The notes under the pieces: generated by a model
Told to the model about the DNA's origin: nothing
Databases searched by the model: none
What the model saw: only the letters and a program-made list of their open reading frames with translations
Made by a program: the position numbers and the translations under genes
Part shown: positions 38,384-48,505 of the stretch, in pieces
Position numbering within the stretch: the first letter of the stretch is position 1
How the letters are laid out: every line of letters begins with the position of its first letter
Assembly: GCA_964394645.1 (NCBI GenBank)
Contig: CAYMYC010000004.1
Span: 1,258 to 65,257, forward strand
Direction: 5' to 3'
Length of the DNA stretch: 64,000 nucleotides
Source of the DNA: an uncultured Gammaproteobacteria bacterium
GTDB taxonomy: Bacteria; Patescibacteriota; Microgenomatia; Levybacterales; GWA1-39-11

Positions 38384-40937
38384 AATTTAATAAAAAACTC
38401 TGTATTGATTCCCCATCACGTTTTAACCATTCAGCGTTATTTTTTATCTGTTCAATAACTTGAGCAATAGTACGCTCTAATCCCCTTGATTCGTGTACTT
38501 TAAAAAATTTTTCAATCTCGTCAGCATTTTTCTTTGTAGTAAAATTAGCAAAGGGCTTTATAAATCTGCTATATAAGTGACCGCCTCCATACTTCTCAAC
38601 AATATTTCCCCATTCCTTTTGTACTTTTTTTAAAGCCAAATCGCGCCCATACGGATTCGCTGAAATGAATGCAACTACCTTGAATGAATCCTGCGCCTTA
38701 ACTTCTTCAGAAAAAGCAAATTGCAGAGTCTTTTCAAGTATATGTGCTTCCTTAAAAACACATAATGAACGGAGCAATCTATCTTTTTCTTCCTGAAAAG
38801 TTTCTTTTTTGTACATCTTCAAAATAATATCAAATTCCTTTTCCCCACCGTTCTCAGCAACTAATATATACACTAACCCCCTTACATCAGAGTGAATTTT
38901 TGAAACATCTTTTTTAAATAATTCCTTTGCTTTTTTAATAGAATCTTTATCTCCATTTCTTCCAAGAGTTCCTAACACAATGCTTCTTAAAAGCGTTGTC
39001 TCATGACTTTCTCCATCTTTCTTATTCCAGCCTATTTTCTGTCCGATTGGAGTAAACAGGGAGACTATGTAATTCTGAAAGTCATCATATGAATTAGTTC
39101 CAAATAATATATTCTTAACTCTTGATACCTCTGAAGCTATCTCTGACCATACAATATAACTCTCATCGTTTTTAAATGCTAGAGCTAGGCTCAAAGCTTC
39201 ATGAGTGGATGAGTATCCTGCTTCAGAAAGTACAAAAACATCACGTATAACTCCAAATCTATCTTGTTCTGATAATTTCTTATCTATCTTTTCAAGGGGG
39301 CGAATCAACTGAGCTAAAAGCATACTGGAGTATTTTACGCGCACAAATGATGTCTCATTTTTATTTACCTTGAGCCATTTCAATGGCTCAAGGCGATATA
39401 ACAGTCTTTTTTTATCTAATAATATATTCTCCTGCTTTTTTATGGCATCAGATACAATACTTAAAGGTACCATCCAGGATGTTGCGTCTTTTGTTTTCTG
39501 CGAATCAACGCTTGAAAAGAATCTATCTTGAGATAACAGTAAACCATTCCTTTCCTCCTCAACTGATATAAGTGGATACCCAGGTTTGCTTGTCCAATTC
39601 TTCATAATTTGTAAAACGCTCTTTCCAGATACTCTCTCAAAAGAATTCCAAAGATCTTCAGTTTTTGCGTTACTATATGAATGGATTTTAAGATAATAAT
39701 GCAACCCCTCCCTAAAGTGTTTTTCACCTAAATAATCTGCAAGCATTCGAATAACTGATGCTCCTTTAGAGTAAGACACTTCATCAAAAATTTCGGAAAT
39801 ATCTCTTGGGTGGTAAACATCAACCTCTATCGCATGGGTGTTTTTTAGGCTGTCTAGCTCTAGAGCACGGGCATGGTCCATATAAACAAATTGTGTCCAA
39901 ATATTCCAATCTGGAAACAAGCTATTTACTGCCACATACTCCATGTAAGAAGCAAACCCTTCATTAAGCCACAAGTGTGTCCACCATTCCATAGTTACCA
40001 GGTTTCCAAACCATTGATGAGCTAATTCATGGGCTATAACTAAAGCTACCCACTGTTTGTTATGCGTTGATGTATTTTCTGGATCAACTAAAAGTGCTGA
40101 TTCCCGATACGTTACTGCACCCCAATTCTCCATAGCACCAGCAGCAAAATCAGGAATCGCAATTAAATCCAATGTTTTAAGGGGATATTTTATACGAAAA
40201 TAATCTGTGTAGAATTCCAAACATCTTATAGCTGTAGTAAGCGCAAACTCGGCTTGTTTTTTCTTTCCTGGCGTAACAAAAACCCGAACGCACACTTTAT
40301 CATTTGTTTCCCCTTGAATATACTCAAAATGACCTACAATAAATGCTAGTAAGTAGGAGGACATCTTAGGACTTTCTGAGAAACGAATTATTTTGTATCC
40401 GCCTTTATGCTCTACTACCTCCTCTTCTAGGGTATTTGAGATTGCTGTTCTATCTTCAGGTATTTTAAGACTTAATTCAAAAACAGCTTTTTGGGATGGC
40501 TCATCAAAACAAGGAAAAGCACGTCTTGCATCCGTAGACTCAAATTGTGTAACGCCCATATGGTACGTCTTTCCTTCAAGTATATACTTGCTCCTATAAA
40601 AACCTCGCATCTTATCATTTAAAATTCCGGAAAAAATAATTTTTAAAGTTGCAGGTCCTTTTTTAAGAGAACGCTTAAATATGATGCAAATTTCTTCATC
40701 AGTTTTTTTATACTTTGTTCTTCCTGACTGCTCCATCCCATTTTGAAAAACCTGTGCAGATAATATTTCAATGTCTGCCGCGTGAAGCCGTATTTCTGTA
40801 GTCGCTTTATCTATCTGTAGGTCTATTTTCTCTTCGCCAGTAAAAATAAAGTTTTCCAAATCTGGCTCTAGGTGAATTGTATATTTCACTGGAGAAACAT
40901 AAAGAGGAAGCCGAACTTCTTTTTTATTTGCAGCCAT
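38370..40937 (-). CDS. M1 family aminopeptidase (PepN/puromycin-sensitive type)
   Basis: ARRAFPCFDEP, GAMENWG, HELAHQWFGN...LNEGFA, YSKGA. Confidence 0.95.
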   Translation of the reverse strand: MAANKKEVRLPLYVSPVKYTIHLEPDLENFIFTGEEKIDLQIDKATTEIRLHAADIEILSAQVFQNGMEQSGRTKYKKTDEEICIIFKRSLKKGPATLKIIFSGILNDKMRGFYRSKYILEGKTYHMGVTQFESTDARRAFPCFDEPSQKAVFELSLKIPEDRTAISNTLEEEVVEHKGGYKIIRFSESPKMSSYLLAFIVGHFEYIQGETNDKVCVRVFVTPGKKKQAEFALTTAIRCLEFYTDYFRIKYPLKTLDLIAIPDFAAGAMENWGAVTYRESALLVDPENTSTHNKQWVALVIAHELAHQWFGNLVTMEWWTHLWLNEGFASYMEYVAVNSLFPDWNIWTQFVYMDHARALELDSLKNTHAIEVDVYHPRDISEIFDEVSYSKGASVIRMLADYLGEKHFREGLHYYLKIHSYSNAKTEDLWNSFERVSGKSVLQIMKNWTSKPGYPLISVEEERNGLLLSQDRFFSSVDSQKTKDATSWMVPLSIVSDAIKKQENILLDKKRLLYRLEPLKWLKVNKNETSFVRVKYSSMLLAQLIRPLEKIDKKLSEQDRFGVIRDVFVLSEAGYSSTHEALSLALAFKNDESYIVWSEIASEVSRVKNILFGTNSYDDFQNYIVSLFTPIGQKIGWNKKDGESHETTLLRSIVLGTLGRNGDKDSIKKAKELFKKDVSKIHSDVRGLVYILVAENGGEKEFDIILKMYKKETFQEEKDRLLRSLCVFKEAHILEKTLQFAFSEEVKAQDSFKVVAFISANPYGRDLALKKVQKEWGNIVEKYGGGHLYSRFIKPFANFTTKKNADEIEKFFKVHESRGLERTIAQVIEQIKNNAEWLKRDGESIQSFLLNYGKS

Positions 40938-40982
40938 GACTTACGAAAGTATATAATACAAAGACTTATTCGTCAAACGCAT

Positions 40983-41068
40983 GGGTGAGTGGCGGAATGG
41001 TATACGCGTTAGTCTCAAAAACTAATGGGGGCAACCCCATGAGGGTTCGAGTCCCTCCTCACCCACCA
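40983..41068 (+). tRNA. tRNA-Leu(CAA)
   Basis: GGGTGAG/CTCACCC acceptor stem, TTAGT-CTCAAAA-ACTAA anticodon arm, long variable arm, GTTCGA, encoded CCA. Confidence 0.96.
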
Positions 41069-41078
41069 AATTAAATAC

Positions 41079-42068
41079 CTATAAGGATTTCCCATATTCT
41101 CCTAAGTATTTTCGAGAGCTGATTTTAGCGAACATTCTCATAACATTATTAGGCATTTCCTTTACTGACAAGCTTAGATCTTGTAGCTTCTGACTCTCTC
41201 CAATCCTTACAGTCCCAGGCTTATAATGTAAGCTATCCCCAAACAACAATTTTGTAAGCTTATCATCTAGCGCACCTAAGCGAGTACCTTCTCCAAGCAT
41301 TAACGTTTCAATGATGCTCCTCATTCCACCCGCACTAAAACTTCTTTTGTTTGGATCAAAATAATTTTCTGTACCTTCTATTACTACAGGTAGAATTATG
41401 GTTGGAATCTTATTTCTTATTTGATTTATTAGAACACTGTTAAAACCCCTATCCATTCGCTGCAATCCATTTAACTCTCCTGTTTTAATGTCTATTTTTC
41501 CTCCTCTTGTGCCTCCTTCAATATGAACTACTGAAAGCTTACTGGGATCTTTCATTGCCTCTTTTGTGTAGAGTCCATTATCTTGGGGTCTTTTCATGTG
41601 ACGCTCTGCTACATCATTATCTGAAACTACAAAATCAGGCGTAACTTTTCTTTTATTAAAAAAGGGCTCTACTCCATAGTCCCATAAAGTCTTCATAAAT
41701 AAACCTTGCTCTCCTGTTTTCATTGATCCTGCAACCGTATATACTGTCTCTCCAAACTCACCCTCAAATTCTGACCTAACCTTATCAACTAGAGCAAGAG
41801 TTACCGCTCCGTCAGCATGACTTCTGTGAGTTACGATGGTAAGAACTTTTTCCCCCTCAAGCCTTCTCTCATGCATTTTCCCTATATTACCTAATCCTTC
41901 CCATTCAAATAATCTTTCAGGAACATGCGTGTATATCCGGTCAACCATCGCATGGATCGTTTTTCTCCCAATATTGGAATATAAAAATGCATCAAAGGCT
42001 TTTTGGGAAAGTCTTTCTATGTTTGCTTGAGAATTTTTACTGCCTGAGATTATTTCTGTTGACGCCAT
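41079..42068 (-). CDS. Lysophospholipid acyltransferase-like protein
   Basis: HRSHAD (HxxxxD), HIEGGTR (FPEGTR-like), IILPVVIEG. Confidence 0.65.
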   Translation of the reverse strand: MASTEIISGSKNSQANIERLSQKAFDAFLYSNIGRKTIHAMVDRIYTHVPERLFEWEGLGNIGKMHERRLEGEKVLTIVTHRSHADGAVTLALVDKVRSEFEGEFGETVYTVAGSMKTGEQGLFMKTLWDYGVEPFFNKRKVTPDFVVSDNDVAERHMKRPQDNGLYTKEAMKDPSKLSVVHIEGGTRGGKIDIKTGELNGLQRMDRGFNSVLINQIRNKIPTIILPVVIEGTENYFDPNKRSFSAGGMRSIIETLMLGEGTRLGALDDKLTKLLFGDSLHYKPGTVRIGESQKLQDLSLSVKEMPNNVMRMFAKISSRKYLGEYGKSL

Positions 42069-42087
42069 TTTATGAATCAGTAATTCT

Positions 42088-43089
42088 CTATCGTAAGTCT
42101 ATAACGTCCATTATATCTGGACCTGTGGAAATAATATGAAATTTGGTAAAAAGTGGATTTTTCTTTTTTAGTTTAGCCTCGGTTTCACGAATAAAATTTT
42201 TTGCCTGGTAGGATAACTTTTTAAACTCAGTAACGTTTTCATTTCCAGGGAATAATCTATCTATACATGTTAAAACCGCATAGTCACCTGTATTCCGCGT
42301 AATAGCTTCTGCTGCCATTTCTATATTAAAATCTGACAATTTTCTAACCCGTCCTGAGACAGACCCCCTCTCTACTATTCCCATTTTATCTGATTTTTTC
42401 TGATTCCAGGATCTATATCTTGGATCTTCACCTACTCTTGAAACATATGCTTTAAATATAACCACTACATGATCAACTAACCTTGGTCCAATTCCTGTGT
42501 CAGCTGCAAACTGAGATGCTGTAGTATCCTGAGACGTAACATAAGGATAATACCTATAATCTAATAGTGACAACCCATATCCCTGAACTCCCTCTATTAA
42601 AATGCGCTTTTTCTTTCCTGCTGCAGCATTTACTTCATCTGCCACATCAGTCAAAAATTCTTTGAGTCTTGGCTCATCTTTAGCAAGTTTTGCACTCCTC
42701 AGTACTCGCTCTACACGCGCTGGACCCACCCCAGTACCTACAGATCCAATTCTTTTTACCAAATCTTTCTCCTCCTGTATATGTCTTTTTTCAATAATAG
42801 TACAACCCTTGTCAATAAATATCCTACCTGCAAGATTATATTCCTTAACCTCTTTTAAAAAGACCTCTGGTGAGACAAGCGTACCACGAGCAATTAAAAG
42901 TCTTGCCTTTGGATTTATCAACCCTGAAGGAACTTGAGTAACTTTTACATTTGGCGTAACAGTATGTCCTGCTTGAGGTCCTGAACCCGCACGTACTACT
43001 ATGTCTGCCTTATCATGCATAGAAAGGTAACCCACTATTTTACCTTTTCCCTCATCTCCATAAAAACCACCTGTAACAATTGTTATCAT
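42088..43089 (-). CDS. purA: Adenylosuccinate synthetase, short archaeal-like type
   Basis: GGFYGDEGKGK, AGHTV, IGSVGTGVG, IEGVQG, YPYVTS, STGP; only 333 aa. Confidence 0.9.
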   Translation of the reverse strand: MITIVTGGFYGDEGKGKIVGYLSMHDKADIVVRAGSGPQAGHTVTPNVKVTQVPSGLINPKARLLIARGTLVSPEVFLKEVKEYNLAGRIFIDKGCTIIEKRHIQEEKDLVKRIGSVGTGVGPARVERVLRSAKLAKDEPRLKEFLTDVADEVNAAAGKKKRILIEGVQGYGLSLLDYRYYPYVTSQDTTASQFAADTGIGPRLVDHVVVIFKAYVSRVGEDPRYRSWNQKKSDKMGIVERGSVSGRVRKLSDFNIEMAAEAITRNTGDYAVLTCIDRLFPGNENVTEFKKLSYQAKNFIRETEAKLKKKNPLFTKFHIISTGPDIMDVIDLR

Positions 43090-43147
43090 TTCCTAAAAAC
43101 GAACAGTAAAAAGAGTAACAGATGGAAAAAAACTTTGCAAGAGGAAA

Positions 43148-43747
43148 TTACTGAGATATGGTTGTAGTTGGTATAGTTGTTGGGGATGGATTAATTAATT
43201 CCCCCTGATAAATAAATTTACGCTCAACCTGATCCTGATCTTGTGAAACAGTGCTTTGAACTCTTAACTCAAAAGTAACATTTCCGTTTGGCAAATTATA
43301 AATTGATGGGGAATTAGATGAATACTCAGACCATGATCCACCATTAATTCTGTACGACCAAACTACTGAACAATATATCAGACCGTCATATTTTATAATA
43401 AAATTCACAGGATTATTTGTAATTGTTGCTCCTTCTTTAGGATAGGAAATAGAAAGTGGTCCAATTTCTTTTTTACAGGCAGAATTTGTAGGAATAACCG
43501 TTACTGGATTGTTCGTTTCATTATTGCTAGTATTTCCTACTTCTTCACGGATTATAACTGTTTGCGGAGTTGGCAGCTGTTGCTTTTCTTGCACCTCTTT
43601 CTTGGAAGAGTTCAATGAATTAACATTCAGTAGAATAACTGTTAAAAGAACAGGGATAGAAAGCGCTGCGGTTATAAATTCAAGATAATGTTTCCGCTCA
43701 GGTGCCTTCTGAAGTGAACGTAATATTTTCGTAAATTTTCTACTCAT
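43148..43747 (-). CDS. Membrane-anchored protein with an Ig-like domain
   Basis: TM; YRINGGSWSEY...NLPNGNVTFELRV beta-sandwich pattern; Pro/Thr-rich tail. Confidence 0.6.
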   Translation of the reverse strand: MSRKFTKILRSLQKAPERKHYLEFITAALSIPVLLTVILLNVNSLNSSKKEVQEKQQLPTPQTVIIREEVGNTSNNETNNPVTVIPTNSACKKEIGPLSISYPKEGATITNNPVNFIIKYDGLIYCSVVWSYRINGGSWSEYSSNSPSIYNLPNGNVTFELRVQSTVSQDQDQVERKFIYQGELINPSPTTIPTTTISQ

Positions 43748-43835
43748 GCCTCTTATTGTAACAAATTGAAGTAAAAAATAAAAAGAAAAACTTATATAGT
43801 ATAATTGTTACAATTTTTAATCTCTTAAAATTATT

Positions 43836-43906
43836 GGGCCGTTTGCATAGTGGTAATGCACCGCATTCGCATTGCGGAAACGGGGGTTCGATTCCCCCAC
43901 GGTCCA
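43836..43906 (+). tRNA. tRNA-Ala(CGC), CCA not encoded
   Basis: GGGCCGT/ACGGTCC stem with G3:U70, CCGCA-TTCGCAT-TGCGG anticodon arm, GGGGG-TTCGATT-CCCCC T arm. Confidence 0.93.
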
Positions 43907-43910
43907 CTCT

Positions 43911-45248
43911 TTAATTTTGAAGTGAAGGGGTATCTTCGCGATTACCCTCTATATTATAGAATCTTATTCTGTCTCCTCTAAACAATAAGTCCTTCTCCCC
44001 AACTGGACCGTTTCTGTGTTTGGCAATATTTATGGAAACAATTCTTTGTGAAGAGAATTCTTCATCTTTTGTATACAGAAACATGACTACGTCAGCATCT
44101 TGCTCAATAGCTCCTGATTCACGAAGATCGGCAAGCTGTGGCTTTCGCTCTCCTCTGTGCTCTACTGCGCGGGACAATTGAGAAACTGCAATAACTGGAA
44201 CCTTAAGCTCACGTGCCAAGTTTTTTAAATTTTGTGAAACATATGATACTTCCTGTACACGATTTTCAAACCTCCTACCAGGATTCACTAATTGTAAATA
44301 GTCTACAATGAGCAGTTTTAACCCCGATTCAGCCTGTAATCGTCTTGCTTTCGTCCGTATTTCAGCAATTGAAATTCCCGGTGTGTCATCAATAAAAATT
44401 GGAGCCTCTGCTAGCTCACCCATAGCTGTTGAAAGTTTTTCAAAATCATCTTCAGAGAGTCTTCCAGTTTTTAGCCTCCAGGCATCTATGTCTGACTGCG
44501 ACACAAGAAGCCTATCAACAAGCTCCTCTTTACTCATTTCCAAAGAAAAGACTCCCACAGGAAGCTTTGAATGGATAGTAATGTGTTGCGCAATATTTAC
44601 AACAAATGCAGTTTTTCCTTGTCCTGGGCGGGCAGCAAGAACAATTAAGTTAGACGGCTGAAGACCTGAAAGTAAAAAATCTAAATCTACAAATCCTGTT
44701 TCTACTCCACGAAAACGCCCACCATCTTTTTGAAGTTGATCAAGCCTATCAAAGCTCTCGGCTAGAGAATGTTTTATATGTATAAATCCCTGTTTTATAC
44801 GTTCTTGACTGATTTTAAAAACATCCTGTTCAACCCTGTCAAGCACCTCTGGGGTTTCTCCTTCTTCAGAAAATGCCTGCTCAGTCATATGTCCAGCAAG
44901 TGTAATAAGTCTTCTACGCACATATTTCTCTCTCAATATTCCTGTGTAGTGCTCTATATTTGATGCTGTCGGAACTGCATTTACAAGCATCGTAAGATAA
45001 GATGCTCCTCCAACTTTTTCATACATTTTACGTGCCTTTAATTGACTAGTCAGAGTAACTAAATCTATAGGTTTTCTGGCTTCATATAGCTCAACCATAG
45101 CCTGAAATATTTCCGAATGATTATCGTCATAGAAATAATCAGGTTTAATAAGCTCTGAACCTAGTGTGGCCGCCTCTTTGTCAATGAGAATACAGCCTAA
45201 TACGGCTTGCTCGGCATCTGTGTCATGAGGCGGAATTCTTTGTGGCAT
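43911..45248 (-). CDS. dnaB: Replicative helicase DnaB
   Basis: AEQAVLG, AARPGQGKT, FSLEM, VDYLQL, SQLSR, DLRESGAIEQDAD, KHRNGP. Confidence 0.97.
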   Translation of the reverse strand: MPQRIPPHDTDAEQAVLGCILIDKEAATLGSELIKPDYFYDDNHSEIFQAMVELYEARKPIDLVTLTSQLKARKMYEKVGGASYLTMLVNAVPTASNIEHYTGILREKYVRRRLITLAGHMTEQAFSEEGETPEVLDRVEQDVFKISQERIKQGFIHIKHSLAESFDRLDQLQKDGGRFRGVETGFVDLDFLLSGLQPSNLIVLAARPGQGKTAFVVNIAQHITIHSKLPVGVFSLEMSKEELVDRLLVSQSDIDAWRLKTGRLSEDDFEKLSTAMGELAEAPIFIDDTPGISIAEIRTKARRLQAESGLKLLIVDYLQLVNPGRRFENRVQEVSYVSQNLKNLARELKVPVIAVSQLSRAVEHRGERKPQLADLRESGAIEQDADVVMFLYTKDEEFSSQRIVSINIAKHRNGPVGEKDLLFRGDRIRFYNIEGNREDTPSLQN

Positions 45249-45256
45249 GATAAGGA

Positions 45257-45754
45257 CTAGCTAAGAATAAATGTTTTTCCTGATATTTCTGCTGTTTTTT
45301 TAATATTTATTTTTGTGGTAGTCTCTTGATTGCCTGATGTGATAGTTGCTAGGGCTACATCTCCATAAATTACAATACATTTTGAATTGATAGGACCTAG
45401 AACATCGTCTTTAAATTCACCGATAATTTTTACAATTACACAATCAAACTCCTCATCATCAGGAATTGAGGCAACACTAATAGATGTTGCAATAGCTATC
45501 CTACTCTGTTCGTATACATAGTAAAGTATACCATCCTTCACCTCTTTACTTGTTATGCCTATTCCGCCGACTTCATACTCTCCTGGACCTGACACAATAA
45601 GTCTTGTACCAGACACTTTATCAATGCTAAAATTGTCTTCAGGTTGTGTTACAAGAATTATCTCTGCATCAACCTTCACCGTTGGATCAATAACAATTGA
45701 TGCATTTTTCCCTTTTATTTTTATTGTAGATTCTGAAAGTTTTGAAATTTCCAT
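45257..45754 (-). CDS. Degenerate MBL-fold protein
   Basis: IKIKGK-x-x-SIVIDP, ILVT, GPGEYEVGG; metal-binding histidines absent. Confidence 0.55.
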   Translation of the reverse strand: MEISKLSESTIKIKGKNASIVIDPTVKVDAEIILVTQPEDNFSIDKVSGTRLIVSGPGEYEVGGIGITSKEVKDGILYYVYEQSRIAIATSISVASIPDDEEFDCVIVKIIGEFKDDVLGPINSKCIVIYGDVALATITSGNQETTTKINIKKTAEISGKTFILS

Positions 45755-45853
45755 TGGTTTTTCATACTATCACAAAACTCACTTCCTTGACAAGTAATAC
45801 AATTTGTCCTATCATAAAACCTCTGCTAAACAAATTCTCTCCTGCCATAAAAC

Positions 45854-46276
45854 ATGAAAGAACGGATTGTTATTATTTTTATTGCTGTAACTCTAGGGCT
45901 TCTAGTAACAACAATTGGATTTTTCCTTTATGAAACATCGAAGCCAAATAAAGATATAAAACCTGATATTACAAAAAAGGAAAAAATTGAACCTCAACCG
46001 AATGAAAAAACAAAATTAACAATCCTTTCCCCTAAGGATGAGGCTGTTTCAGCAAATAGAACAATCCAGGTCAAAGGCATAACTGATTCTCAAAACACGG
46101 TAATTATTTCATCTAATACTGAAGACGTCGTCGTTAGCCCAACAAGTGAGGGAACTTTTACTGCTACGATTACCATAGATGCAGGTGAGAATAAGCTTAT
46201 AGTAAGAGCAATTGATGCATCGGGTGAAACTGAAGAAGTTATCCAAACAATCTCTTTCTCATCAGACACACTTTAG
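45854..46276 (+). CDS. Membrane-anchored Ig-like domain protein
   Basis: TM; LTILSPKDE...VKG-x-T...GTF...GENKLIVRAID. Confidence 0.65.
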   Translation: MKERIVIIFIAVTLGLLVTTIGFFLYETSKPNKDIKPDITKKEKIEPQPNEKTKLTILSPKDEAVSANRTIQVKGITDSQNTVIISSNTEDVVVSPTSEGTFTATITIDAGENKLIVRAIDASGETEEVIQTISFSSDTL

Positions 46277-46280
46277 CAAT

Positions 46281-47054
46281 ATGAAAAAATTATTTATAGT
46301 ATTTGTAATATTATTTGGAATTCTATCTTTTCTTCCTACTACCTCCTATTCCCAGGGAGCAACATCATCAGCATCAACTGCTCCACTGGATGAATCTGAA
46401 ATGAAAAATGTAAAAAAAATTATTGATCTTGTGGCAAGTAGCTCAGCAGAGCAAAAAACAACTGCTAAGGCAGGAGTTATCGGCACTGTTCAAGAAGCAA
46501 ATAGCACTTCTATTAATATTAAAACCATTAACGGCACAAGCAGAATCATAGATATTGATGAGATAACAAAGTTCTCAGACCCAGACACAAAAACTTTTGG
46601 CATATCGGATATTACGGCAGGGGAAACTATAGGTATTATTGGAATACTAAATAAAGTTTCAAACCATATCTTGGCGCGCTCCGTTGATAGGTTGGATACA
46701 TTGCCCATATACTTTGATGGTGTTATTACTTCGATAAATAAGACTAACTTTCAAATAACAGCAGTGAATAAAAATGGAAATGAAAAAATTCTAGACGTTC
46801 AAACAACTACAAAAATATTTTCTTATACGAAATCTGAGGGAATGATAAAAGCAGGATTTAGTAAGGCTATTTTGGGTGAGCGGGTTTTCGCAGCTGGTTT
46901 TCCTGACATAAAAATTAAGGATCAAATTGCGTCAACCAGAATCGTTCTCCTTAAAGATACACCATTATCTGCGCAAATGAAAAAATATCAAGGAAGAAAA
47001 ATAGAACCTGAAGAAACTCAAAAGCCAAGCCCAAATGTAAAAAACGCCCAATAA
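46281..47054 (+). CDS. Secreted protein with two OB-fold-like (DUF5666-like) repeats
   Basis: Signal peptide; two G-x-V/I...TK...GE-x-x-x-x-x-G repeats. Confidence 0.55.
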   Translation: MKKLFIVFVILFGILSFLPTTSYSQGATSSASTAPLDESEMKNVKKIIDLVASSSAEQKTTAKAGVIGTVQEANSTSINIKTINGTSRIIDIDEITKFSDPDTKTFGISDITAGETIGIIGILNKVSNHILARSVDRLDTLPIYFDGVITSINKTNFQITAVNKNGNEKILDVQTTTKIFSYTKSEGMIKAGFSKAILGERVFAAGFPDIKIKDQIASTRIVLLKDTPLSAQMKKYQGRKIEPEETQKPSPNVKNAQ

Positions 47055-47059
47055 TTAGG

Positions 47060-48460
47060 CTATATTTTTTTTATAATAATTGTTTTTTTCTTTTTCCCCT
47101 CTATCAACTCGTCCTTTACAACATACCCCATTTTCTCAATTCTATTTCTTAAATGGTCTGCCTGAGTGTACTGCCTATTGTGACGTAAAAAGTCTCTGTC
47201 TTCAGCCAGCTTTAAGACACGTGGAGGGATTTTATTCATGAGCTTTGCGTTTTCAAAAATATCCAGTCCTAAGACTTTATCCATCTCCCGAATTGTAGCT
47301 GCCTTGTGTGGCAAGGCAACCTTAGGAGTTCTTAGTAAATCCCAAAGGATAGAAAGTGCCTTTGGCATATTCAAGTCATGATTAAGCGCTTCAAAAAAAT
47401 CACGCTCATACTCGATATCTGCGTCTTTATGAATTTCAGTAAAAATTGAAGCCGCCTCATAGATTTTAGTAAGTGCACTAGTCGCGGATACCAACGCTTC
47501 CCATGTAAAATTCATTTCTGCCCTATAATGAGTTTGAAATGTTAAATATCGAAAAGCCAAAGGACTAAAACCTTTATCTTTTAGGTCTTTAAGCGTATAT
47601 ATATTCCCAAGAGACTTACTCATTTTCTCACCATCAACTCTTAAAAATTCATGGTGAATGAAAAACCGGACAAATTCCTGTCCAGTTGCGCACTCCGACT
47701 GAGCAATCTCATTTGTGTGATGAACGCTTATATGATCTACCCCACCTGTATGTATGTCTATTGTAGGACCAAGATACCGCATTGCCATTGCACTACATTC
47801 TATATGCCATCCAGGAAATCCCTCACCCCAAGGAGAGCTCCATCGTAGAACATGGTTTGCGAATTTTCCGGTAGTAAAAAACCACAGAGCAAAGTCTGCA
47901 GGATTCTTTTTCTGCGAATCGACTACTACCTCTTGTCTTACCCCAGCAATCTTATCATCAAGATCCTGTTTTGAAAGCTTTGTGTAGTCAGGGAATTTGG
48001 AAACATTAAAATATATTGCCTGTGGAGTTTTATAGGTAAATCCTTTAACCACAAGCTCCTCAATGAGGGCAATTTGATCTGCAATATGCTCTGTTGCGCG
48101 AGCAATCACAGTAGGCTTTAATACATTTACCAGAGAAATTGACTTCAGAAAATCATCTTCAAATAATCGCGCCACCTCCAAGACGGTCTTTCCAAACTTT
48201 TTTGCTCCTTTTTCCATTTTATCCTCACCTGAGTCTGCATCTGATGTAAGATGACCAACATCTGTCACGTTCATGACATGCTTAACCTCCCACTCACGCT
48301 CCAAAGTTCTTCTTAAAATATCATCCCCTATATATTTACGAAGATGTCCTATGTGTGCATAATCGTATACGGTTGGACCACATGCATACATTTTTACTAT
48401 CTTTCCATCTAATGGCTCAAACTCTGAAATGGTGTGCGTAAGGGTGTTATAAAGTCTCAT
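47060..48460 (-). CDS. cysS: Cysteine--tRNA ligase
   Basis: YACGPTVY, HIGH, GWHIECSAM, KMSKS. Confidence 0.97.
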   Translation of the reverse strand: MRLYNTLTHTISEFEPLDGKIVKMYACGPTVYDYAHIGHLRKYIGDDILRRTLEREWEVKHVMNVTDVGHLTSDADSGEDKMEKGAKKFGKTVLEVARLFEDDFLKSISLVNVLKPTVIARATEHIADQIALIEELVVKGFTYKTPQAIYFNVSKFPDYTKLSKQDLDDKIAGVRQEVVVDSQKKNPADFALWFFTTGKFANHVLRWSSPWGEGFPGWHIECSAMAMRYLGPTIDIHTGGVDHISVHHTNEIAQSECATGQEFVRFFIHHEFLRVDGEKMSKSLGNIYTLKDLKDKGFSPLAFRYLTFQTHYRAEMNFTWEALVSATSALTKIYEAASIFTEIHKDADIEYERDFFEALNHDLNMPKALSILWDLLRTPKVALPHKAATIREMDKVLGLDIFENAKLMNKIPPRVLKLAEDRDFLRHNRQYTQADHLRNRIEKMGYVVKDELIEGKKKKTIIIKKI

Positions 48461-48505
48461 GTGGTCAATTGTACCAAATCTACACTCGTATTACAGCAGT
48501 TTTCT

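Noticed and set aside
41069-43835. Genomic island between tRNA-Leu and tRNA-Ala
   Set aside because: No integrase and no duplicated tRNA 3' end was seen.
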